A stretch of 64,000 nucleotides of DNA from positions 76,260,001 through 76,324,000 of the forward strand of contig NC_059427.1 in the NCBI RefSeq assembly GCF_021028975.2. The letters are read 5' to 3'. The notes under the pieces were generated by a model. The model saw only the letters and a program-made list of their open reading frames with translations, was not told the DNA's origin and did not search any database. The position numbers and the translations under genes are program-made. This stretch comes from Sphaerodactylus townsendi (lineage: Eukaryota). Below are positions 1 through 13,622 of the stretch, piece by piece (the first letter of the stretch is position 1; every line of letters starts with the position of its first letter).

Positions 1-516
1 CCCTTTCATGCTTTTCCTCAAATAACACTTAGCAATCCTAAGGTGGTCAACTCAGAAGTAAATCCAATTTTTTTCAGCAGGGCTTACTCCCAAGAAAGTA
101 TTCTTAGGACAGCAGCCACAGCGCCATTCCTTTTTACAGAGCGTCCCCATCACCCTACACTGATTTCCTCTTGCTCTCTTAATGTAGTTATTTGGACTTT
201 AAGTTATTTATTTGCTTATATATCCATTCTCCACAAAAGCCTTCACACTTGCTTCCTTGAGCCTCAGCTTTCCTTTTTTCCACCGGTACCTCTAATCCTC
301 TCTCCATACAGGGAAATAGGTTTGCCCCTTCTGACATACCTCATTCACCTTTCCTGAATCCCAAGCGTGGACTCTCTCTCTCATCTCCCCCCCCCCCACA
401 CACACACACTTTGATCAAACCAACTTATTATTATTTTGGCCTCTGGTTCGCTATGTGGGGAAAATCAGGTTATAAATAGCTTAATACACAAACATCAGGA
501 AAACAATGTATTTTCG

Positions 517-1690
517 AAGGCTTTCACGGCCGTAATCACTAAGATGTTGTGGGTTTTCTGGGTTGTATGGCCGTGTTCCAGTAGTGTTTTCTCCTGATGT
601 TTCACCTGCATCTGTGGCTGGCATCTTCTGAGGATCTGTTGGCAGTAATGCAGGTGGAGTATATATACCTGTGAGATGCCCAGTGTGGCAGAAAGAACCA
701 TTTGTATTTGTTAAAAGTATTAAAGGGGCAGTTTGCATGTGTTATGTGGGATTCCCCATTTTTGCATTTGTATGTAACATGAAAAGCATTGCTGACTAAT
801 TCAGCTGGAAAAATCAGCCAAAGTTATAAACCAAGCTGGACTCAGAACGTTATTTGAAAACACAGAAATTCTGGACCACTCTGACGACCACTGTTTCACA
901 GAGAAACCATTGGAATCCACAAGCACATAGACAATTTCAACAGAAAGGAAGAAACTATGAAAATGAACAAAATTTGGCCACCAGTACTTAAAAACACTAG
1001 AATCAAGACAATGGTTAATGAACACCCACCCTGCAGAGAGACATACAGACTCAGTATGTCTCTCTGCAGGAAGCAATAAAATGGATTGTAAATGAGTAAC
1101 TAAATGAACAGGCAAACTGCTATACAAATGCATTGTTGAAGGCTTTCCTGAAAAACCCCACCTGCAATACCATACTATCAACACCTTTGTATAGCAACTT
1201 CCACCCAAACACCTGGTTCCCCAACTGGGGACATGATATTTTATACTCCATTAAAACATTCCCTTCTCACTGGACAGTGTGTAACAGACTTCCCTCTGTG
1301 ATACACCTCTGAAGATGCCAGCCACAGATGCAGATGAAACACTAGGAACGAGATCCACCAGACCACTGCCACACAGCCCAGAAAAACCACCAGAACCAGT
1401 GCTATGCAAAAGTCCTCACTAATTGATTATACAGCTTCAGTGTTACATACAAATGCAAAAATGGGGGATCCCACTTAACACATGCAAACTAGACTTGCAA
1501 ACTGCACCTTTAACACTTTTAAGAAATGCAAATGGTTCCTTCTCCCACCCTGGGCATTTCACAGGTATATATGCTCCACTTGCTTTACTGCCAACAGATC
1601 CTCTAAAGATGCCAGCCACAGTTGCAGGCAAAACATCAGGAGAAAGTACTACTGGAACCTGGCCACAAAACCTGGAAAACCCACAACATT
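517..1690 (+). mobile_element. Penelope-like retroelement remnant: GIY-YIG endonuclease C-terminal fragment plus pseudo-LTRs, bracketed by an inverted repeat
   Basis: About 800-995 translates, with frameshifts, to EKSA..LFENTEILDHSD..IHKHIDNFNRKEETMKMNKIWPPVLK, resembling the squamate Penelope GIY-YIG C-terminus. Segments ~545-779 and ~1441-1689 are inverted copies (near-identical conceptual translations in ORFs 481..738- and 1423..1692+). Hammerhead-like motifs lie at 593-633(-), 1306-1346(+) and 1600-1640(+). Confidence 0.8.
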
Positions 1691-2149
1691 AGGAAAACAC
1701 TTTTTTAAAACCCACATGCTAGAGCCTATGGATTCTTTGGGTACATACTCTTTCTGAAAGCATTCCATCTACTCTGCAGTGCAGACAGATACTAAATACA
1801 ATGATAAACTGCATCAAGAAAGTGGCGTATCCTACTGCATGTAAGTGAGGTATGTAAAAAAAACAAAGCCTAGTATGTACACATTACAGAGGTCCAGTTA
1901 TGGTCCCCAACACCATGCTCAAGCAGGCCAAACCCAAAAGGCGCTCTGTGGTACAGTGCGTGGAGGGGGCACACCTGCCAATCCCACAACAACTAGAAAC
2001 GCCTCAAGCTCAGAACCGTTTTTCACCGCAAGAGCCGAACTGCAGCAAATATGAAGGAAGAACCAGGGCGGGCCTGTCACTTAATATGGGAAGGCTGCCT
2101 CCATTCGTACTGAAAAGCTTCCGTTTGCAAAAGGCCCAGCCCAGCGTCT

Positions 2150-2880
2150 TCAAAGCACAGCCCCTCCCGCCCGCTGCTTACGGGGCATCCTGGTGAGGAC
2201 GTTGCGCGGCACCCTCCTGGCCTTCGTGGCCGCTTCCCGCCGGGGCTCCTTGGCCACCATGAGGCTGCGGAGGCGCTCGAGGCGCTCGGGGTCGGCGGGG
2301 GCACGGCCAGGTCGGCTGCGGGCGCGCGTCCCGGAAGGGCGGCTGCTGCGGGCCGCGGCCCCTCGCTGACGGACGGGACCGCGGAGGAGGCCGCGCTGGA
2401 AGCTCTCGTACTCGGCCAGGTTGTTGAAGCAGGGCACGGCCGGGTAGGGCAGTGGCGTCCGCTCCGAGTACAGCGCCAGCAGCGGGTCAAAGCGCTGCGA
2501 GGTGACGTCCAGGCGGTCGGGGCTCGGGGACCGCTCCGAGCTGTTGCGGGGCACTGAGCGACGGCGCCGCCGCCTCGGCGCGGCACCGGCCTCCTCCTCC
2601 TTCTCCATCGCTCCTGCTCTTGCCTTGGCCTTGTTGGGAGGGGGAAGAACCGCCCGCAGCTTCCCGCGCTCGCCGCTAAGGGCCGCCCCAGCCCCGCGAT
2701 AGCATCGCACAGCAGGTGGCTTCCTGCCCTCTTAGCGCCGCCTGCCTGGGCGAGACTGCAGGGGCAGAAGCCGACGAAATGTCGGCGGGGGGACGCAGCT
2801 TTGGAAAGGCTCGCTGCGCCGCTCACGGCTTTGGGGCTGCTGGCTGGAGCTGTTGAATCTGTCTCCGAGGCTCCCCAGAC
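2150..2880. promoter_or_regulatory. CpG island / LSM11 promoter and first exon
   Basis: Very GC- and CpG-dense stretch in an otherwise CpG-depleted background, spanning the LSM11 ATG. Confidence 0.85.
2182..2608 (-). CDS. LSM11: U7 snRNP-specific Sm-like protein LSM11, coding exon 1 (remaining exons lie left of the window)
   Basis: MEKEEEAG...[44 protein letters not shown]...[14 protein letters not shown]...RNVLTRMP matches the LSM11 N-terminus. Phase-1 donor C|GTAAGC follows 2182. Synteny with THG1L supports the call. Confidence 0.93.
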
Positions 2881-5844
2881 CCAGACCGTTGCTTCTCATG
2901 ACTTCAGTTGCACAAGATCTCGCCTTTGCATTGCTTGATTTTAGGTAATTCGAAATAACGGATAGGTTTCACTTGGTTCTCCCCCAAACAAAAAAAGCGC
3001 TTGGTGTTGATCCCTGCACGAAACTTGCATTTCCCAGAGCCAACACCGGATTTTAAATGGCCAGCGCTTTCCTGCCTGACATTTACCACTGCACAAAAAT
3101 GGCAAGAGGTACACCCGTGCTGGCTCAAAAGCAAAATTAAAAGCCATGAACATAATCTACATAGCATCTTTTAAATAAAAGGTATTGTGTGGATTAACAC
3201 ATTTTAAGATTCATCTGGTCAGAGCTGCATTCATGGTATTGCCAAAAAGGAATAATAATTTGGAATTTGTTTTTTTTTTATTCAGAGGCCCATGATAATC
3301 AGAGACTCTAAACTTTGTTTCCCTTGTGCTGTGCGCATGGTTCACTCATGCCCTTTACTTCAATGATAATAAACACAGAATCTCAGATATGCAAATCTTT
3401 CTTCTGCTTATGGGCTAGTAAAATTATTTTCTCAAAATCCAAGCAACTGCCACAGAGCAGCCCTAGTTTTTGCACAGGCAGTAGAGGCTATTGCTTCACC
3501 TCCATATTCCAATGAAGTATTCTATTTATTTGCTCAGGGGTAGCAGAGCGTAAGGCCTGTGAACATGGCCCATGAGCCAGAAATTCTGCATGTGTGGTGA
3601 AAGAAATAGAGGTCACTTGCATAATTTTTCTGTTGAAAATATGGCTGTGGTAAATAAAGCCCCATACAAACAGAAAGTGTCAAAAGACAAAAGAGCCCCA
3701 GGGCACAAAATAGTTAGCTGCAATACTGCAGTCAAAGCTCTGTTCATGACCTGAATTCGATCCTGATGGAAGTCAGTTTCAAATAACTGTCTCATGGCTG
3801 ACTCAGAGGTCAGTAAAATGAGTACACATCTTCCTGGGGGTAGAGTGTAGACAACTGGGAAAGAAAACTCCTGTCAACTAACTCCTATGTTACTGTCTGT
3901 GTTACACTGTATTTTTATTCCAATGTTCTCTAATTTTGATTGCAATTACTATTAAGTATGGTAACTTTCAGTAGAATGTATTATACTGTTCATTTTGCAT
4001 TATTAATAGTTGTAATCCACATTGAGTCTCAGTGCGAAAGGGAGATTTTAAATGAAGTAAATATAGACCATTGGTTTGTTCAGAAATTGCTCATTTTAAA
4101 AACCCACTTGTGCAGTATTTTTTTATTTATCACATTTAGTCACAGCAACTCTTGAATACGTAGATCAGTAGCTGTCAACTGGTAGCATACAGGCTTTTCA
4201 TAAATGTAACTCTCCTTCAATCCACTTGCTTACCTGTAAGTGTGACGTGCCTCTGCCTGCTGGTTGTACCTGCCATGGATTATGACCTTTTGGCATACTA
4301 TAGGAGTAACAGAACGTCTGTAAGCATTTAAAGGTTTTTCTTAGCAAAAAAAAAGTGATTGGTAGAACGTAAAGGACCACTTGTGTCGATATTTTTCTTC
4401 AATTCTCGGCCCGCAACAGATAACTTGCTTGTTACTTAAGGCAAACAATTGTCTTCATGGGATCAACAGGAATATGAATCATCACAATAGGACAAGTGGT
4501 ATGATGTGGAATGATACTCACACCCTTACTGCTGTAACATCAGTTAAGAGAAATAAAAGATATGCATTTATACACACATTTAAAAACAGAATTCAGTTTT
4601 GGGTACTGCCATTAGTAGGCACACTTAGTAAGAGTATAGGATGGGAGTCACTTTATGGCATCAGCCATTAGGGTGCCCCATGGCAATGAGATCTCTGGTT
4701 CAATGAGTTGTGAACAGGAATACTTCCTTTTCATTACCACAATTACCAATATATCTCATGATATCCCCTCCCACAATCTGACCTAATATTCTTATGTGGT
4801 AGTCTAAGCTGCAAACAACTATTCCTGAGAGGGGATTTGAACCACTCTCTTGATAACTGTAACCTGATATGTGAACCTTTATGTCAACTGTCCTCTGTGA
4901 AATGCTTTTCTCAGGATCCAAGCTAGAAAGCCAACGTTTGCATTTTTGCAGTGCTGTGCCCTGCTGCAGCGTGCACTCATCTGCTGTCAGACGCTTTCTG
5001 CTTGCACAAACCCAGCATCTTTCAATGAGCAGAAGATACTTAGCACAATAAGAACATGCTCCATAACAGTATTACCTCTGCAATGGAGGCTAGTGTTTAA
5101 GAGGTTTAAGGTAAGTTTAAGATACAACCTGTAATTAAAAACTGAAGGAAATTTTAAAAAACTGGGATTCTATGTGATATTTGGATGAATGTGATTCCTA
5201 ACAGACCAATAGAATTTTAATTTTTCAAACTGTGAAGTGCTGTTCTAATCCACAACAGGTATTTTGAAGTACTGAGGCAAGAGCCCCCCCCCCCCCCGAC
5301 CCACACTATGTGTTTTTAGAAAGTAGGCAGGGCTAGATCAAGCTTTCTGAGTTTTTTATGTTCATGGTATAACACTAATATTGGCTTTATGTCAAGTACT
5401 TCGCCTGTGCAAATAGCAGCGATAATCTAAAAACACAGTAGGACTTGATTCTGCCTATATACAATTGGGCTGATTAGTTAAAACACTTAATACTGAACTT
5501 CTATTTAAGTTTAATGTATTTTTTTATAATTAAGATGGAATTTCAAAATAACTTAACTACATCAATTTTTGTTCACTTTTCAAAAAGCATTAACATTCCT
5601 ATCAGAATCAGGCCAGAATCAATCTTTTACTGTACCTGTATATAGGGAGCTCCCAGGAGCCCTTCAGCACCAACTGTCATTGTTACAAGTAATAGTGCCT
5701 ATCAGGCTATATCAACACAATGTGGACTGTCCAAATGATATCTGGAGAAATTTCTATTTTGATTTCAACACAAAAATATTTATGACTGCAGTACAAGATG
5801 TTGGAAGTCTTGCTACAGATATAACTGGAATATTTCTGCATGTT

Positions 5845-6835
5845 GACTGGCTGAACACAAAGAGCGCTCATCAATGGCTCATTTTCATCCCAGAGAGAAG
5901 TGAGTAGTGGAGTGCTACAGGGTTCTGTTCTGGGCCCAGTGCTAGTCAATATTTTTATCAGTGGCTTGGATATTGAAATAGAGGGCATGTTAATCAAATT
6001 TGCAGATGATACCAAATTAGGAGGGGTAGCTAATACCCTGGAGGACAGGGGCAGGATTCAAAATGATCTGGACAAATTAGAGAGCTGGGCCAAAACTAAC
6101 AAAATGAATTTCAATAGAGATAAATGTAAGATTTTACACTTAGGCAGAAAAAATGAAATGCAGATATAGGATGAGTGACACCTGGCTTGGCAACAGTACA
6201 TGTGAAAGGGATCTGGGAGTCTTAGTAGATCACAAACTGGACAAGAGTCAGCAGTGTGATACAGCAGCCAAAAAAGTCAATACAATTCTGGGATGCATCA
6301 ATAAGAGTTTCGTGTCTAAATCGAGGGAAGTAATTGTACCACTCTACTCTGCATTGGTCAGGCCTCACTTAAGAGTAGTGTGTTCAGTTCTGGACACCAC
6401 AATTTAAGGATATTGACAAGCTGGAACATGTCCAGAGGAGGGCAACCAAAATGGTAAATGGTCTTGAATCCATGCCCAATGAAGAGAGACTTAGGGAGCT
6501 GGGGATGTTTAGTCTGGAGAAGCGAAGGTTAAGGGGGGACATGATAGCTATGTTTAAATATTTGAAGGGATGTCATGTCAAAGAGTATTTTCTGCTGTCT
6601 CAGATACTAGGACATGGTGCAGGATTCAAGGAACATTAGGAAGAACTTTCTGACTGTCAGGGCTGTTCGACAGTGGAATTCACTTGTCTCGGAGAGTGGT
6701 GGAATCTCCTTCTTTGGAGGTTTTTAAACAGAGGCTGGATCATCATATGTCAGGAGTGCTTTGATTGTGTGTTCCTGCATGGCAGGGAGTTGGATTTGAT
6801 GGCCCTTGTGGTCTCTTCCAACTATGATTCTATGT
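5845..6835 (+). mobile_element. CR1 LINE, 5'-truncated 3' fragment (RT C-terminus and 3' UTR)
   Basis: GVLQGSVLGPVLVNIFI..IKFADDTKLGG, PLYSALVRPHL and [14 protein letters not shown]-type motifs are split across frameshifted ORFs. The element ends in a CR1-type ATTCTATG tail near 6828-6835. Confidence 0.92.
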
Positions 6836-8105
6836 AACTATATAGAAAATTTAAAAGGCTAATATAAATTAATACGTAGCTCAGTATTCAAGCAGCCATA
6901 TCTGTTGTATACAATTTCCTAATAACTCCAGTACCTACCAAGTTTATTGTTATAAAAATTGATATTTGAGCTATAATCCTAATCTATTCTGATTAATCCT
7001 ATTTACTTTTTTAAAAAAAATTACTATATAGTAGTTTACTATGAATACCATAAAAATTCAGACATTAATTTATTATTTCAATACTGGTCATCAAATGATC
7101 TTAAATTATATAATTGTTATCAGAGGACAGAAAACTGGGTTTTCAAAGTTGTTATTACAGCTTTTCTTAAATAGGCTTTAATACAAAAATGCCTATTTCT
7201 TGCAAATATTATCTTATTTAAAGGAACCATAAGAAAAGGTAGAGAATGAGGAACAGAATGTCAGCAAAAGACTATGCTACTTAAAAAACAACAACCCTAA
7301 TTTCATCCTCTTCCAGGCTGTATCATAGGTTAGATCATGCATAGCCAGGTGCTCATGCAAGGCTCACAACTACTCCAAAATGCTTCATTTTTCTCTCTCA
7401 GCACATATATTGTTATTTCATAGCTCTGAAAGAGGGAGACGCGGAAGACCAGCACAAACACTTTAAACAGGAAATGAGAACTTTCTGCAAGTTGATTTCC
7501 ACAATCCTCAACAGCAGGGACTGAATAGCTTCCCAGGCAGCAGAAAAATGAGAGCATGACCTGCAAACATGTCCTGTTGTGATACCCCCCTTATGCAATA
7601 ACTTTATTACTCTAGTTTGGCCACTTGAGACCTTTTCTAATAATCAGTAAACCAGCAAGGAGAGAGTCCAAACAATAAATGTAAGATTACAGAGGGAAAT
7701 TATGTTTCCAGAGCTTTCAAAAAGGCCAGAACTAATTTACACTGGAGAGAAAACTTCCTAATTAGTTTCAGCTATTTGCCAGGGTATTTTGTTTATCACT
7801 TGTATAATTCAGAGACATTAGCAACTAGGATAATTTGTAACTTGGCTCCCTGATGATAGAACTTAATTTGAAGTAGGAGTCTAAATGTTTCTAGAGTTTA
7901 CAATGGGCAGCTTAACATCTCTTGGGACTTGTACTAGTAGAGTGCCTTTGAGGACAAGAGCCTAAATTAAAGACATTCCTTTTCCACTGTAATATTAGCC
8001 ACTACGATATTATACGAGTCTCATGAGTCTGGGAAGAATCCTTAGCCAAACCACAACATTATAAATATCAACATTAACACAGCTCTTAAAAAGATGAAAT
8101 ATGGA

Positions 8106-8111
8106 TTTATT
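8106..8111 (-). terminator. Candidate THG1L polyadenylation signal (AATAAA); an alternative lies at 7603-7608
   Basis: TTTATT on the plus strand, about 155 nt past the THG1L stop codon. Confidence 0.4.
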
Positions 8112-8264
8112 TTCCTGCATCACCTGTGACATGGATACCGCACTTGTTTATACTGAAACATCATATTGGGCCAGCCAAATGCTCCGTTCTTCCTTGATAC
8201 AGTCCTTGCTGAACAAACTGCACACAGTAATTCACACCAAAATCCAGATAGGATGTGGAAACAA

Positions 8265-8426
8265 TCAGCTATCATCAGTTAGGATTTCAGGATACTGGTC
8301 CCAAAACTGTTGCCCAATGATGTCACAGTGCAGAGATGCTGGTATATTCTTCATACGGGTCACTTCAACTTCTTTCTCATCTGTTTCTTGGGGAATTTTA
8401 ATTTTCTTCCTAATAACTTGATTTAC
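8265..8426 (-). CDS. THG1L: tRNA(His) guanylyltransferase THG1L exon 6 (last coding exon)
   Basis: VNQVIRKKIKIPQETDEKEVEVTRMKNIPASLHCDIIGQQFWDQYPEILTDDS*; AG acceptor; 162 nt; contains the conserved LHCDIIG..FW...PEIL motif. Confidence 0.92.
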   Translation of the reverse strand, partial: VNQVIRKKIKIPQETDEKEVEVTRMKNIPASLHCDIIGQQFWDQYPEILTDDS

Positions 8427-10801
8427 CTATACATTCAAATGACAATGAAAAATTACCGAACTGAAGGACTTTATGACAACAAAGCTATAAATGAATTGTG
8501 AATAATACATATCTAACCAACTAACTGCTTAACTCAATAATGTAAAATAATTCTTTAAAAAAACTTGCTCAATGTTTTAGGAGCACACTATTTTTAAAAG
8601 AGAGATTTTACATAATTACCCACAAAAACCACAGATGGCAAATGCAATCTGTAAGTGGGTCCTTCTGAGACCCTAGAGAGCTTCTGCCAGTCACAATGGC
8701 AAAATTGACTCAGTACTAGCTAGTTTTATGTATGTTTGTACAGAAGACTTCTCCCACAGGAGGGAATGGCTAAGTCAGTATCTGGTGCAGAATGGGTGGG
8801 TAAGAAGATTAAAGTTTTGTTCTTTAGAATTATTTAGTTGCATACACATTTTCTACAGATTTAATTGAGTGACTTTTTAAATCAATTACATACCTGTGAA
8901 ATTCCCTCCATCCACCAAGAAGCCCAGAACAGTAGAAAAATAAATAGCCTTAAAACTGCGTTTAGGACTTCACTATTAGTATAACAAGCACAAGACAGAA
9001 TACTGGCCTCAGCCTGGCCGAGCTCAGCCTTCAGCTTTGTGCCACCTGCTGCTTCTCAACTCGTGGAGTTTCTCAGCAACACAGAGCTGAATGCTGAGCC
9101 CAGCCAAGCCGAACTCAGCCTTCAGCAATGCATAACTTGCTGCCACTGAGACTCAGGCAGGCAGCTAAGTGAGGGGTAGAGGTGGGGGGTTAAATGGTGG
9201 TGGGGCCAAAACAGCTAAATAATGTTGGACAAAATGCTATACAGCTCCCTTAAATTGCCACTATTTTGGGGGGATAAAAAACCCATGGAAAACATCAATA
9301 AGGCATTTGGGTGGGAAGTGTTTGGTTTCGATTAATGCCCACTCCTACCTGTAATCCTAAAATACATGATGATCTAATTTCTGCATCTTGAATACAATGA
9401 TGTTCATGTGGAGAATATTTCAAAAACTTAAGTGGGACATTAAAAGTTAAGCTACATATTTAAGTAAAATAATAAACTAGAATTGATACTATGGAATGGA
9501 TGCAAACTCTATTCACGAAACAGCTACGTCTAATCTTCCTCTAGCCACTACAAACTACTGGACGTCCCAAAATACTGCCCTCAGTGGTTAAGGACTCTCA
9601 CAATAGCATGGGGGGCCTTGTAGGGGGCTGCAGTGAGAGAATGCCAGTATCGAGTAACTAAAGGTCTTCTGCTCCCAGAAAGACTTTGGATCCAATCCAA
9701 TATTTATACACAGTCATCATGTTTCAAAAATCTCTATAAAAACAGCATTTGTTTTGGTTGCCAGAATTACTACTTGTCTTTTTAAACTAATCTGGTGATC
9801 CAGGTTTCTTTCCCCACTCCTCCACTTGAGGCCTGCTGGGAGACCCTGGGCTAGTCACAGTTCTCTCTGAACTCTCTCAGCCTTACCTACCCTCACAAGC
9901 TGTGGGAAGGAGAAGTGAAGGTGATTGTAATTATTATCATTATTGGTTTGATATGCCACCCCTTCCACACAGGGCTCAGGGCTGCTTCCAACATGCATAA
10001 TACACAGTACTGTTTAAATCCATCTAACAATATTCAATTCATTTTAACACCCATCAGCAATTAACCACATTAGCCAATTAACAAAATAAGTATACTGATT
10101 TGAATGGTTTCCACAGGGCCTGTAAAATGGAGCTGTTCCACCAGGCTTTTACATCTGGCCAGGCAGGTCTGAATTGAATTAACTTGACATTAGTGGCTCT
10201 CTGGAACATAAAATGGGGCTGAATGTTGCCATCTAGTGTCAGTGTTGCATTTTTAAAGCTTTATGCGGTTTTATGCTATTTATGTTTTTATGACTGTTGT
10301 TGTTGTTGTACTGTTTTATTGTTGTTGTTCACCGCACTGAACCCTGCAGGGGAGGGAGGTTTATAAATTGAAAAAGTAAATAAAAATAAATAAATCTGGT
10401 GGGCATGTAAGAGAGGACCTTTTCAGTGTCAGCACAATTATGAAACAATCTCCTCAGATGGGTAAGACTGACCCCCTTATTTTTTATAGTCTGGAAGAAG
10501 TTGAAGGTAGTTTTTTAGGGCTGCATTTTAGTTGATTTAGCTATTGTTATTGGCAGTCCTGACTGGAGTTTTGAAATTGTGCCATGAGTTTTTATCATTG
10601 TAGTTTTATTCATATTGGGTTTTTATCATTTTAATATTGTTTTATTTATATTGTAAGCAGCAAGGAAGAACAGCAGCTGAACTCAGTACATGTGAAACAG
10701 TAAAAAGCCTTTTTACAAAAGTCCAAAGTGCATTGTATAATTTCTTATAAACTGCATATGCCATTTTGTACGCACACAGGTGCACGTATAAATAATTTTA
10801 C

Positions 10802-10909
10802 CTTTTGCCACACTAGAACAGTTCCTTTTCTGTATATCAATGGTTCATTGTTGTAGTTAATGTTGAATTCAGAAAATAAAATTTCATTCTTATCACCGGC
10901 AAGCGTTCC
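10802..10909 (-). CDS. THG1L: THG1L exon 5
   Basis: [36 protein letters not shown]; AG/GT flanks; 108 nt. Confidence 0.95.
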
Positions 10910-11559
10910 CTGAAAAAGAAAAGGAAATCACACCACATTCATGTTTAAAGCCACATTTCACATAGGAAAATGAGAAATTACATACTCCAACGAGTTTCCA
11001 CTCAATCTATATGAGCCCTGCATTTTGTAAAATATTTCCCCAAGTCTTTTTAGTCAAATGAAGGCAACATTTCTACAAATACATGCTTACAGAACTCAGT
11101 GGTACTTAGTTAGGTGTAACGATATTTATGACTGGACAACAAAAGGTTTTTTCTTTGTTCTTGCGTAGCTCACTTGTTGAACTGCATTTTACAGGCATAT
11201 TTAAACCCAGTATCTGATCTGCTAATCAGGCCTGCATGTATTCTACCTCCCAACACACACACCCCAATTTCAGCCAATAGTACCACTTTCTCTACTCAGA
11301 CACAGGTAGATCCAAGTGCAAAAAAAGGCATACCACATCCTCCCTTTTCATGGTTGGTTCTGTTCTCAAACCTTCTTCCATCACTGCTGACACAAATCAC
11401 TGGCCCTCCTTGTCAAAACTGGCAAAGTACGCTTCTTCTCACTCTGGTTCTAATTCTCTTCCCAAATTGACCCTCAACATTTGCCTCCCCACTAGCTTCT
11501 CCCTTCCCCAATCCTAACCAGCAAGTGTTTCAGCCAACTGGTCTTCCCCACTCTCACCT

Positions 11560-12480
11560 GTTAATGGAGGTTCTATAGTTGTGTTGGGGAGCCTTAGATG
11601 GGGATGGCCAACTCCCAATGCTTGACAGCATGCAGTTAACACCTATGCCAGCCATCCAGATGTCTCCTTATCTATGCAGGCTCAGGTCACAAATGTTGCC
11701 TCCCTAGCTTTTTTATCATCTTTGCCAGGTAAAGCTATTGCTCCCTAACTGTCCTAACCCAACTTAGCCAAAGTGATCCATGCAATGGTCACCTCTGGGC
11801 TGGATTACTGCAACTTGTTCTACACATAGCTGCCTTTTGGCCTGCTCTAAAAACTCCAGTTGGTGCAGAATGCAGAAGCATGGGTCTTCACTGGAACCCC
11901 ATGGTAGGCAATTTTCAACCTGTCTCCACCAGCTGCATTAGTTCTATGTGGAGTACTAAAACTGGTTCAATGTTTTGGTACTTACCTTCAATGCCCTAAA
12001 TGGTCTTGGGCCATCATAACTGTGAAACCACTTCTTCCGCTATGTCCCCTAAAGAGCTCAGCTAATAATAATTTGCTGACAATCCATGGTCTGAAAGCCA
12101 TCCAGCTACCCTTGACCAGGGCCAAGGTGTTTTTGGTTCTGGCCACAGCCTGGTAGAGTGCTTTACCAAATGAAATCTGGGTCCTGCAAGATCTGACACA
12201 GTTCCTGGGACCTGCAAAACATCTGTTTCACCAGACCTATGGTTGAGGCAGCAATGGTATTTCATCAAGTGGGCCTCCCTTCTCCTGCCCCACCCCCCAA
12301 TGTTGTTTCATTCTTATACTGTATGAAATGAGGAGTGTGGATACATTGCTTTTTCTGGTTGAAATTACATTAGATTATAAAGGCTTATTTAAACACAGAA
12401 TGGATTTTATTGTTGTTTATGTTAGAAGCTGCCCTGAGGCCATACAGGGAAGGACAGCCTATAAATGAAATAAATAAATA
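11560..12480 (+). mobile_element. Degenerate L2-like LINE 3' fragment
   Basis: Decayed 'LDYCN..L..LP....KLQLVQNA' coding remnants, with a tail ending in (TAAA)n near 12470. Confidence 0.7.
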
Positions 12481-13533
12481 TTAAGAAAATGTATGATTTC
12501 TAAAAATTAATATTTTCTCAAATTCTATTACTTTTTTTTTAGAACATGTCCTTTTCTGATTTTATCTGTTCAGAAGCACTTTATTTGGTTAAACAAAGGA
12601 GCCATGCAATACAACCTGTGATTTACAGCCCAATCCAGAGAGGGGTTGAGGAGTGCACAGCAGCCAAGGATGGCATTGTAGTGGCCCAGCCCCACCACTT
12701 CAAGAGGGGTTCTGCACAGTGCAGAAAGGGCAAACAATGGCGGAGAAGTCCTGCCACTTGAAAACCCCATTGAAGCAACAGAGTAAAACATGCTTTTTCA
12801 TGTCGTAGCTCTGCCGCCAGTGTGGGGGATGTTCCTGGGCTGAAATCGGCTCTGCCTCCACGAACACCTCTAGACTGCCTCCACCCCTGCAAGTTTGAGA
12901 TTTTGCACCCAGTGGACACTATTGCAGCCTAGACATCCGAGTTTGGGCACTGCAGAGCTACACAGCGTCTCACTCCCCACTTATTTGCCCACTTCACAGG
13001 TGTATTTGCTCTTTATGCTGGTGAGGTGGGCAGCCATGTCAGCACAACTCTATGCTGACTCCACAACGGATTTCCCCCCACCCCCAATAGGCTACTAGTT
13101 ATTCTAGTTGCTACTTCATATGACTTCATGACTACTAGCAAGAGCATACAATCTAGACTTATGATGTTCTCTAAACTTCTTCTTCCAAAATGTCCTAATT
13201 TTGAGGCATATAACTAAATTTTGATAATTCCATTTTAGCTTTTAAAAAATTAAATTTTAGCTTAAAACCCTATTTATAACTCTTATTCACCATGAATTGT
13301 CGACTAGCTCATTACCTTCCTACCTGAAAGAAAGTACAAAACTAAATAAATAAGCGCTACAACAAGAGGAGCAGATCTAGAGATGTGGCATAATATATTA
13401 CCATATAAAAAAACACTAACACTAACCCTACCAGAACCATGTGTGTGAAATGGTTTGAATTGCAGACGCTGCTGGCGTTAAACACAAGCCACCAATAACT
13501 TTCTACAAAAGAAGGAATCTTACAGTTACATAC

Positions 13534-13622
13534 CTGTAATCTCTTTTGTGCCTGTACAGGTGTCAATCCACTTTTCTGTACAAGACTCCAAAATACTGTA
13601 TTGTACAGATTATTAATGTGGC
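13534..13622 (-). CDS. THG1L: THG1L exon 4
   Basis: (C)[29 protein letters not shown]; contains the HINNLYN Thg1 signature; 89 nt. Confidence 0.96.

Noticed and set aside
2077-2826. 249-aa minus-strand ORF overlapping LSM11 exon 1
   Set aside because: An alternate-frame ORF expected in very GC-rich, stop-poor DNA; no recognisable domain.
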